From NCBI RefSeq assembly GCF_052425735.1, contig NC_135764.1, positions 23,498,001-23,562,000 of the forward strand: a DNA stretch of 64,000 bases, read 5' to 3'. The stretch is from Oculina patagonica (lineage: Eukaryota). The notes under the pieces were generated by a model. The model saw only the letters and a list, made by a program, of their open reading frames with translations, did no database searches and was not told the DNA's origin. Shown here piece by piece: positions 53,401 to 64,000 of the stretch; the stretch's first letter is position 1, and each line of letters begins with the position of its first letter. The translations under genes were made by a program, and so were the position numbers.

Positions 53401-56400
53401 GCAGAGTATTTATGGATAAGAGTGCATTCGATGCCGAACTGCACGCGTAAATAGTTAAAATAATCTGAATATTACATTGCTATTCGTTTCTTTCAGGGTA
53501 AAGTGGAGAACGATGAAAATGAAGGCAGTGCTCTAAGGAAGAATGAGTTTTCAATAAAGGTTAATGGTAGTTTCATCTCTAAGACTTTAAAGAGTAAATA
53601 AGGAAATGAATTAAATCGAGCGTCTTGTCCCGGGGGGAATGGGGGTACTTCCTGTTAAGACCTATACGGCGAGGCTCCGCCCGAAGGTCTGAAAGGGTAG
53701 GGAAATCTGACGTTAAGGCATTAAAATTTGCCTTTTATAAAATATTTCGAACTGACGCAACTGGCTGTATCATTTTAATTTACTAAGCGCTGTATGAAAA
53801 TGACACGAAAACTCCCGGTTTTTATTATATGTCATGTCATGTAGGTATATAGAACGGGTACATTTTTCAATAAAAGGTTTACGAAAGAGGTGCCTTTTCT
53901 TTCAAAACGGTATATAAAAGGGTAAGAGGTTGGATTTCAGGGCGCGGTGCCTCCCCTTATAAAACGTTTTCTAGTTTTGTAGTTTAGTATAGAAGTTTCA
54001 TATCAACTGATTTAGACTTTGAAGACTAAATAAGGAAAAGAATAAAATCGAGCGTTCAGTCCCCGGGGGAATGGGGGTACTTCCTGTAAAGACCTATACG
54101 GCGAGACTCCGCCTGAAAAGTCTGAAAGGGTAGGGAAATCTGACGTTTAGGCATTAAAATTTGCCTTTTATAAAATATTTCGAACAGACGCAACTGGCTG
54201 TATTTACTATGCGCTATATGAAAATGACACGAAAACTCCCTGTTTTAATTATATGTCATTTCATGTAGGTATATAGAACGGGTACATTTTTTCAATAAAA
54301 AGGTTTACGAAAGAGGTGCCTTTTCTTTCAAAATGTTATATAAATAAAATAAAAAATAAAAAAAAAATGGGAATTTACAGTGGGATCTTCCACTAGGTGG
54401 CTCTTCTTGATCCCACTGATTCCAGATCGAATTGGAATTTGGAAGTGTTGGTTTTTGTGGAGGGAGGAAAACCGGAGAACCCGGAGAAAAACCCTCGGAG
54501 CAAGGACGAGAACTAACAACAAAATCAACAACAAAATCATTAAATCTTGTAATATATATAGTTTTTATTCATTTACACGTAATTCAGTCTAAGGACTGGG
54601 GTTGGATTTCAGGGCGTGGTGCCTCCCCGTATAAAACGTTTTCTAGTAACGCGCGCCGCGCACACTGTTTATACTTTCTATTGAATATTACAGTTTTTTA
54701 TTCGTGTCTATCCAGGGTAAAGAAGAGAACGCTAGAAATGAAGGCAGTACAGTGAAGAAAGACGAGACTCCGGTAAAGGTATATAGTGTGTTCGACTCAA
54801 ATGATTTGGACTTTGAAGAGAACATTAACTTGTCATTTCCTAACCCCTCCGAGTTTGAATACACATTGGACAGTACTGTTGCCGACAATGAAGGAGACGA
54901 TGAAGATGTCAGTTTTTGGATCGATGAAGAACAGCGTCAGCATGAAAGACGCGCAGTCTTAAATGAAGCAGTAGGAAATATATCAGATGGAAGGGTTAGT
55001 CCGATAGCATCGACACTCAATTCGAATTGGGAAAGTATATCAAGTACACAAAAAGCCTACTATTTGCGGAAAGTCCGTCAAGTTCTCAGTGCTGTTTTGA
55101 CAACCATTGCACCAGATCAAGAAGAGAAAGTATTTGATGCACTGAAGTATTCTTCATACCGGGACGAAAACGGCAAATATGACGACAGAAAAGAAGTAAG
55201 CAAAGTCGAACTGTCAATTTTGCTGGGGGTGTATAATGAAGCGGAAAGTCGTCAAACTCGATTGCAAATTCTGTCGATGTTTGCTAAGCATTTTTCAAAG
55301 AAGGAGCTCAGAGAGATGATTCCTGGTCTAAGTAATTGGCAAATAGATCAAGCCCGCAGCCATGCTACTGAAAAAGGACCAGGTCAACCAGTGGTACCAG
55401 TACCTATTAAAAGGACACGCCTTGATCCAGCCAAAACAAGCCACTTCGTCAACTTTATTGCAAGACCAAACTTTTTACAGGACGTAGCGTACGGAACTAA
55501 GGTGCTGAAGCTTGACTCTGGTGAGAAAATCACCATTCCAAATGTGATAAGAACAATGGTGCCCTCAAGAATAATCAAGCAATACATTGCTTATTGTCAA
55601 GAAACAGTGTTTGAGCCAGCCAGCGAAAGAACACTATATAGGATCATCGAAGTGTGTGCTGCGTCAACGCAGAAGTCGCTACAGGGATTAGATTATTTCT
55701 TAACGGAAGGGGCACAAGCATTCGAAATTCTCCATAGTGTAGTTACCACACTTGAAGAAGGTGGTGCCTCCCCGATATGGGGAAAAGAGGCGAAGGGTAT
55801 CTTTAAAGAAGCCAAGCGCTACCTCAAAACGGACTTTAAGAGCCACGTCGGACCCGATGAAAGATGTGCAGACCACTGCACTAGGTACAGTCTTAGCGAT
55901 CCTCAAAACGACGTCTTCGCCCATCAATGTGATCACACTCATGATACATCTTGTATCTCATGCTGTCAACTAGATGAAGTTTTATCTGACATCACAAACA
56001 AGATCAATTCTCCAAACCTGACTCTTTCCGACCTACAGCAAAGTCAAGTCAAGTTTGATATGGCTCATGCCGTGCATGCAATCGGTAGTTGGAAAGCCCA
56101 TATGCTTCGCACTGTTAACCAAGAGCAAGCCAAGGAAGACGCTCTTGGTGCACTTAACGATAAAAGCGTTCTCGTAACGATGGACTGGGCAATGAAATAT
56201 CTGCCCCAGCGATATAGAGAGCAAATGAGTGACTTTTACGGAAAACGAGGCAAGAGCTGGCATGTTGCTTGTGTTATACTCAAATCTGATGAGAACGAAT
56301 ACAACGTGGAAACAGTTGTGCACATATTTGACAGCTGCACACAGGATTGGTTTTCCGTGGCATCCATTCTAGAGCACCTTCTTGTTTCAGTCAAACAAGA

Positions 56401-59400
56401 GCACCCTGATGTAGAGACGGCTTATCTAAAATCTGACAATGCTGGATGTTACCATAACGCCTCGCTGCTTCTTTCGCTGAAGTCCATTGGAGAGAGGACA
56501 GGCATCAGCATTCGAAGGTATGACTTCTCAGATCCACAGTCAGGGAAGGACGTATGTGATAGAAAGATCGCGCCAATGAAAGGTCACATACAAAGATGGG
56601 TAAACGAAAAGCACGATGTTGTCACAGCAGCTGACATGAAAGAGGCTTTGGAATCGTACGGTGGTGTACGTGGGTGTAGGAACACAGTTGCTGAAGTGGA
56701 TTTAGCAAAGGCGGCTAAAACGATGGAATGGAAAGGAATTAGCGCTCTGTTCAGTTTTGAGTTTCTTGTCTCCGGGATAAGGGCTTGGAAAGCTTATGCT
56801 GTGGGGGAAGGTCAGATGTTTCTATACGATGAATTGGGTCTATCCCTCCAAGGTCCGACAGATCTCTGTATTGTCATGCCACTTACGTCTCTAACGCCAT
56901 TGTCAAAGCCAGGACTTATGGTAAAAAAGCAGCCTTCTAACAGTTTCCAAGACATTTTTGTGTGCGAAGAGGAAGGTTGCGTGGCCACATTTCAGACACA
57001 GGCGGATCTTTATGCACACATGGATACTGGGCGGCATATAAGGGTAACTGAGAGGGAGACTGTTTACGACTTGGCACGGAAAGAGTGGGCAGAAAAGGTC
57101 ACAGGAATACAGTCGTCCCACGTCGCCAGAGAGGCAGTGCACCTACGAGCAAGTACCCACGTAACAACAAGAAAAGAACCACTCCAGGGTTGGGCTTTGA
57201 AAGCCCAACGAAAGGGTCAGAGAGCAACCGAAGGCGTTAAGACGTTTCTAGTGGAAAAGTTCAATAGAGGGGTCGAAACAGGTAATAAGTTCACACCTAG
57301 GTATGTCTAGTTAGCAATTAACAGTAATGAGTGATCTTTGCAGCGATCTTGAGTAGCTGAAGCGATTACTTCATTCCGGGCTTAAAAGGAAGAAAGTTCC
57401 ATGACTTATAGAGTAGTTCAAATCGCCTCGCACATTTCTTGTCAAGGGGCAGTTTAATTTTTTATTAACCATGAAATAACCGAGGCTGTTATCCATATTA
57501 TTTTGATTTTCATTACCCGCAAAATTATGTTGTAATACCTTATCTAATTATTAAATGCCTAAAATAATTTGGTGAATTATCCCTTATTCCTAAACCCCCT
57601 AATTATCCTGCTTTTCCTATCTTTTCAACACTATTTAAAAGTTTATTTTCAAGTGAAAGAAAGATCAATTGCTTTTTGACGTTTTGTCAGCTGCTCACGC
57701 TCACTGAAGGCCGACGACTTTACAATACTACCATGACCTTCTTTTTTATCACACTGTAAATGACTGTGTTTGTACTATGTCATGACGATATGTTTTATTT
57801 GATATAGGGAACAAAGAAGATCCAACAAAGGTGGCAAAAGAAATGAGAATCGCAAGGGACGGTGATGGCAAACTTCGCTTTGCTCCAGAAGAATGGCGAA
57901 CTGCCAAACAAATAAGCAGTTATTTCTCAAGACTGGCAGCAGCGCAGCGTCAGAGTAAAGCACCCACCGCGCTAATTGAAGAAGCTGAAAATATCGATGA
58001 GAATGATCTTGAAGCCTGGGAGGCAGAGAAACAACTGCAAGAATTGCAGACAGCAGTGTACGAAGAGGTCGACCTGCGACATCCAATCGAATATAAAGGT
58101 CAGGATATCTGTGGTCTAGTTAAACGTGGCATGTTAAAGTCAAAGTTTAAGATTGCACAGTTAAAAGAACTTTGTGACCTCTATGGAATAGAGATTGATG
58201 GGTCCATTGCCCGAAAGGACTCCTATGTGAGACCAATCGAACATCTCGTAAAAACCTGCAGTTGTTCCAAGGAGTGACTTTCTCTAACGTTACAGATCAG
58301 TAAATAAAATGGACGGTCGAAGACCACCTTCTTCGAGCGCATGCGTTTAATATCAACAACATGAAAAATTGAAAATGGAGCAGAACGGAAGTGCTTTTTA
58401 TCGTGTACATAAAATATCAAGCAGTCAAAGCAAATTAAAGTGATGATTTTTTTTTTTTTTTTTTTTGGGGGGGGGGGGTACTTTTCTTGCAATACTTTAC
58501 TCATAAACAGATGAGCTGAGGTGGAAAACCAATTTAAACAAACTAAACTAATTTTAATTAATACTGAACGGACTGTCCCAACCTTTTGGGATATATATAC
58601 GATATAAATTGCTTGATTAGGTCTGATAAAGAGCACGTTTTGACTGTAGAATTATTTAAGCTTCAGTCAGTCAAAGTTAAATTCTAATTATTAAATTTGC
58701 GCCGGTAAAAACGTAGCATAATTGTCGATTGTCCTTACTTCATGCATGGTCATTTACTCAGACTGCAGTCTACGAAACGATCGCTCAAAGTTGGCGTTTA
58801 TTTATGTAGGAGCAGTTAACTACATGAAAGCAATCTTAAAGGGCGGAATTACGGTAATAAGCTTTGTTTGTTCTTCAGTTTTGTATGGCGGGGTTATTGG
58901 GTATGCAACTGTTGTTATTACAAGCATTATCGTAAGGAAGTTAACGTAAAATAATAATAAAAAATACATTTTTGTATTGTATTGCATTGTGAAACGCTTG
59001 TTGAAGGTATTTACAATAAAAATGTCACCCACCCTACCCTCCTGGAGAAAAGCTGGATTCCAGGCCCCTGGGAGTTGTCAAATTCAAAATGGCGTCGCTC
59101 TGTTATTTTCGTGTTTTTCACGTTTTCTTCACTGTTTAACGAATAATCGACGGGTTGAGATATATTTCGGAAGGAATTCAGTCAATTGCATTTATTTAAC
59201 CTCGGAAAAACTCAAAGTGGACTCGAGGAGTGGTTTAAAAACACATTGGTTGCTTCGTGTGTTGTTGAAGACGATATCGCCTACATGAACTACATTGAGG
59301 TGCTCTAAAATCTTGCTGTTTCAATGGCCCAAAAAGATTATTGCTGTTTATGATAGAGGAAAGGTAAGAGCACTTATCTGTGGTATCCAATGATTTCTGC

Positions 59401-62400
59401 AGTTATAGTTGTGTGTTCTACGGGAACTCGAAAATGGGCAAAATCTTGCTCATTCGAAAATGTAAAAAGTAGGTGTTCAAAACGTGAACGGTGTAGACTT
59501 ACCTGTGCTTATTTCGTACATTTCTGGATTTTTACAAGTAGTTCTATGTCTGTTTATGCCACACAGAGAATAAAAATTCCGTTCATTTAATTTTGTAGTT
59601 TATAGTGGTTTTCAAATTTGGGTCAAATTTACTGGTAAATCTAGGCCCTGATGGGGGTGATAAATAGTGGACCTCATATCTCCTATACAAAAACGATTGA
59701 GGAGCCAAGTTCAGTATATTTATTCATAAGACCACCTAACCTATTTATGGTGTTAGTATGAAGCAAATTGGCCGACCCCCATCTTTCGGTTTTTTGTAAA
59801 ATTGCCTGGTTTTCTCAGTCAATGACTGTTAAGTCTCTTGACCCTCACTTGACCGCGCCACCGTAGTCACATTTACACTCCATGCACCTATTTTTTCAAA
59901 ATGGCGACCAATTTTATTTCAGACTGAGTGAGCTCGAGGCTAGCAAAGTTTCGGAGAATAAAAAAAAGCCACTGTAGAGGGGTGGGGACCCAAGGCGCGT
60001 GGCCAGAAGAGAAAAAATAAAGTTTCGACAAAAGCGGCTCCTGGCCATGGGAACCATAGCTAAAAATAGCTCAACATGGCCATACGTTGGATCGTATACA
60101 CATATACTTTCCTGGTCATGGGCTCGTTTTACAATTGCGATACGGTATGCCACTAGTTTTTACCTGTTAACAGCCTACGAAGATTATTAGGAAACAAATC
60201 GATCTACAATTGTTACAGGCTTGGAACAGGTTTGTTAGGCCTACTGATATAGTAATGTTTCTTTTTGTATACAGTCAACTCCCTCTAAAACGGACATCGT
60301 CGGGACCGTCTTAGAGAGGTGTCCGTCCTATAGGGAGTTTAGGTACAGTAAAATGACTGAAAAATAGCAGAGACGGGACGTATCGACGCCAGGTGTCCGT
60401 CTTATAGAGGGGTTCGTTAAGAGGGAGTTGACTCTAGTGGTGTTTATTTTGTTTTGCGTTGGCTGACCATTAGGATGGCTCCAAACTTAATCAAAGTCTC
60501 TTCGAGATATCGACGTTTTTGCATGAAGTATGAGTCGAAGGTTTATCCTGTGCATTGTTCTTCGAACTTATCATTACAGTTTCTTTGTAGTTTAGTTTAA
60601 CAATTTCCTATCTTCGCGGAAATGCAGCCATATAATTTTGTCAAAAATGGCTCGTCCGCGCCGGGTATTTATACACATATTCCTTAACATTACACAAATA
60701 AACAGTGCAAATTTCACCGAGATCTGACAATTCTATACTTTAAAATTGCAAGGACCATTCGAGGCAGTCGATTACGGCAGCGACATTAGCAAATGAAACA
60801 GCAAAATATGCGTTCGACGCTTTGTTTTTGCGACGCCATATTTAAATTGTTATAGGTAGACCGCTGTTCAATGTGTTCAAGGCCGTATCGTTACGATTGC
60901 GTTACGTACGTTACGATTGCTCCACGAAAAAGCACGAAAAAAAATACGGATATTTCCGACTACTGTCGGAGAAAACATTGCGCATATAATTGCGGCGTAA
61001 ACAAATCGTTACACTCAAGCTGCGTTTTGTCTAGGCTCTGCGAGGGTCGGATATCAAGACCCAGGATTAACCAAAAGCCATATATACAGTGAATGCTTTC
61101 GAATTATATTTGAAGATGAAATACGAAAGAATTTTGCTGTCTTTGACTGAAATTCCACTCGAACTGCGTAGATACGATCGCATGTTGTAAAGCCGATTCA
61201 TGCAACATTGCTGTCAAGGGCTCAACGCGAGGTCTCGTCCCTAACGACCTAGGCGATGCATGAAGCGACCAAATTTGGCCTAATTTTTAACCGCTCCTAA
61301 GCTAAAAGAAGCCCCCATCTCTTGCATTTGTTTTAACTTCAATAATATCTTTGAAAAGAGCGAGTTTTTTGGTATGGTTTATTTTTGACGTTTGTAATTT
61401 TTAAACGATGTAAGTGCTAGTAGTTAGTTACGCAATCCATTGTTTGTGCGACGCTTTTTATAGATCGCCTTTCAGAAACACGTGCGTTGAGATAAGAAAG
61501 CTGACATGTCACTTTTAAAATTGTCATATAACGTTTGTAAATGTGACAAGTCACGTTTTTTTCCACGAGATCGCAAGTGATCACCCACAGCGGAAAGTAA
61601 TCCCTTGAGAAATTAAAACAGTCCCTTGAGAAATTAAAAAAGTCCCTTGAGAGTTTACAAATATGTGGTTCCAAATCTTGTCCACATAACCCCTATTCTA
61701 CCATTTTAGCTTGTAAACAAGCAAAGACGTCGAAAAAAGGAAGCATAACGCGGAACCAAGAGAAATGCAAGTACTTCCCATTTTTAAGTGTGCTTGAACA
61801 AATGTTTCAAAGCAAAAACTAATGATATTGAAATGCTTAAGAATACAGTGGAACCCCGCTTTACGGACACCCGCTTAATACGGACACCCCGCTATTACGG
61901 ACAGTTTCGTTGGTCCCGACGAAAACTTCCTACATTTTCTCTTTAATTAACCCGCTTAATACGGACACCCGTTAATACGGACAACGGACACTTTTCCGTG
62001 TCCCGAGTGACAAACTGTCATACCTTGTCAACCCCGCTTTACGCACATTGTTTAACTGTGCACTGACAATTTTTATTGTCGTGATTATTTGCTAACTTCA
62101 CCCTCGTCAAATAATGACAGAATTCGACGAACTGAAACGATTTTATTACAAAGAGTAGCGTGGCTTGCAAAGGTTTTGTCGAATCTTCAGTCCGTATGGT
62201 TGTGTCGCAAGCTAAACGCTTCCGTGCAAAGTGAAGTTACCGACTTTTACAAATGAGTTTGCAGAGTTTAACGGTCACGGTCAGAGGTTCAGTTACAAAG
62301 TAAATTTTATAGAAAACGTTATGTTGCCGTTGAGATGCGTTTTATTTCTGGTATATAGTAAATTTGCGACATTTTCAAATAATTCCACTGTTGAGTTTAT

Positions 62401-63544
62401 TAATGTTTAGTTCGAGTGTCTAACTAGTTCGTAAGGTTTTCGTAAAAACTATTAATTTTAGTCAGAGAGTTCACAGTTTGTATTTCTTACAGTTACAGTA
62501 AAGACGTTTGCCTTTGTCTTTGTGTCGATAAAACATGTGTTCGTAACTTTTTCTGAGACCTCGCTTAATACGGACACCCCGTTAATACGGACAATTTGGC
62601 CTGTCCCCTTGGTGTCCGTATTAACGGGGTTCCACTGTAATAACTTTTCCTTGTCACTGAGAAGCAACTGATTTACTTATACAAAACACGTGTTTCCCTA
62701 GTGGTGAAACCGCTACACATTTCCTCGTTTAGCTAAACCATAATGGTGTAACCGTATCTTGTTACAGTTTCCTAAATATTTTATCATTACCAACTTGTGG
62801 AAAACCATCTTCCAGATCGACAATAGAGAATAAATGAGATTTGCTTGTAGAGATAAAAACATTTCGTGGTAAAATAACTTCTCTGCGTTACGTATCTGTT
62901 TGCAAGTCTGTCCACTTTCAGTAGATCTAATTGTGAACTTTGTTAAACAATAGCTGAAACGCGTTGTTTTCACGGAGCACTGTTTAAATTCAAGGTGTTA
63001 ATCGCACACAATTTAATTCAATTTTGTCGTTGACCTCTTGAATAAAAATTAACTCTGGTTTATCATAAGTTGCTACAGATACCAATATCTATAAAAGGAA
63101 CTCTTAATAGGTGGTGGATTTTTTCCCTTCTCGTAACACTTGCGTAAGAAAGCATCGACTGCGTAAATATTAAGCTCCAGAGATCGGTGATCGATCGTAG
63201 GACATTTTTTACCTTTGACTAACCGCAGCTAACCGCTGCCTGACTTTCAAAAGTCATTTACTTATAAACGCTATGTTTAAATGACCCTTTAGTTCCCTTC
63301 AGTGTTTTTTGCTGTGAAAATGAATTAATACTGTGTGATTGATTTTAGCCGTCTTTTATGAAACGCTAAAAAATAGAGCCCCCTAACTGGCGACGCGACT
63401 CAAGCCATGAAATAACTCTAATATTTGACGGGTGATAAGTGACTTATTACACGCACCTGATTCACGATTGTTTAGCTTTTCAGACTTCAGGACCGTGACC
63501 GCAACGCAGAGCAGAATCGCTGAAGCAAGCCACAACTTGGCCAT
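47446..63544 (-). CDS. Secreted polyproline / minicollagen-CRD-repeat protein (putative nematocyst structural protein), 674 aa
   Basis: Exons 63457-63544 (signal peptide MAKLWLASAILLCVAVTVLKS), 50409-50828 (K/E/D/N-rich), 49285-50243, 48531-48612 and 47446-47921 join in frame (2025 nt). Six CxxxCxxxCxxxCxxxCC-type domains, two half-domains and poly-Pro tracts. Confidence 0.8.
48849..49202. mobile_element. Kolobok-type MITE
   Basis: TTAA|AGGAACACTGTCAT ... ATGACAGTGCCCCT|TTAA. Confidence 0.8.
52220..58277 (+). CDS. Sola3-like DDD transposase, 1185 aa, 5 exons
   Basis: Exons 52220-52625, 52906-52958, 53497-53559, 54716-57281 and 57808-58277 are in frame with no stops (3558 nt). Catalytic-type motifs DWAMKYLP..REQMSDFYGKRGKSWH, SDNAGCYH and GKDVCDR, plus a C2H2 finger CEEEGC..F...HMDTGRH. 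Confidence 0.85.
54345..54525 (-). mobile_element. 5'-truncated V-SINE-like insertion inside the transposon intron
   Basis: Minus strand reads GGGTTTTTCTCCGGGTTCTCCGGTTTTCCTCCCTCCAC (V-domain-like) with a TTTA tail. It interrupts one copy of an intronic duplication. Confidence 0.6.
60272..60434. mobile_element. Tc1/pogo-type MITE
   Basis: TA|CAGTCAACTCCCTCT...AGAGGGAGTTGACTC|TA. Confidence 0.75.
61846..62637. mobile_element. Tc1/pogo-type non-autonomous element
   Basis: TA|CAGTGGAACCCCG...CGGGGTTCCACTG|TA with repeated TAATACGGACAC sub-terminal motifs. Confidence 0.85.
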
Positions 63545-64000
63545 CTTGATAGGTCTAGATCATCTGGAGCGAAGAGAAAATTTAGACCTTACAAGTGATA
63601 AATCAACAGGTACCAAATATAACCCTATACTTCATTGTGAGGTCAAGCATAGACAAGACAAACATGTCAAAAGCGCGCCAATTTTCACCTGAAGAAAAGA
63701 GAATAATATAAAAGAAGCTTACCAGTTGTATGTTATTTTCTTTTCCTGACGGAACTTGAAAGGTTAAAAAAAATTGTCACGGCTCAGTGAATGCGGCCCG
63801 TGTGCATTACGTCATCAACACAATGGTTGCTGTAGTTTCGATGGCATTTGCACACCGGGTAAATAATCTCAGGCGAAACGCTTTTAAACAGGAAATAACG
63901 GGTTGTTTGTTGTTTGACATGAATGTTTTATGCGTTAAGACGCGAAATTGCGGGTAGTTTTTGGTGCAATGTCGGAGAAAAGAATAAAGCATTTTACTGA

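Larger units (their letters stand above)
50979..59828 (+). mobile_element. Full-length Sola3-like DNA transposon, 8.85 kb
   Basis: TIRs at 50979-~51771 and ~59025-59828 are highly similar. TTAA lies on both sides (50975-78, 59829-32), termini are CAGTCA...TGACTG, and there is an internal transposase gene. Confidence 0.85.

Overview
Eukaryotic (animal) genomic DNA: AT-rich, intron-rich and MITE/SINE-rich, most consistent with a cnidarian, probably a stony coral (inferred from minicollagen-type cysteine-rich domains and the repeat types). I spliced exons by hand using GT-AG boundaries and phase. This gives six host genes: LASP1-like (5' part, minus), MLX (plus), uridine phosphorylase (minus), a TANK/AZI2/TBKBP1-like adaptor with a C-terminal UBZ finger (plus), a Lifeguard/TMBIM protein (plus), and a 674-aa secreted Pro/Cys-rich nematocyst-type protein (minus). 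The 12.6-kb first intron of the last gene holds an 8.85-kb, apparently intact Sola3-like DNA transposon (about 800-bp TIRs, TTAA flanks, 5-exon 1185-aa transposase). Also present: a Kolobok-like fold-back element carrying a decayed KolX/P2X7-ballast-like gene, Penelope-like remnants including a minimal hammerhead ribozyme motif, a 78-bp hairpin-containing satellite with a 4-mer higher-order repeat next to a CRE cluster, SINEs and many palindromic MITEs. No CRISPR, rRNA or true tRNA genes are evident. Family assignments come from recalled motifs, not database searches.
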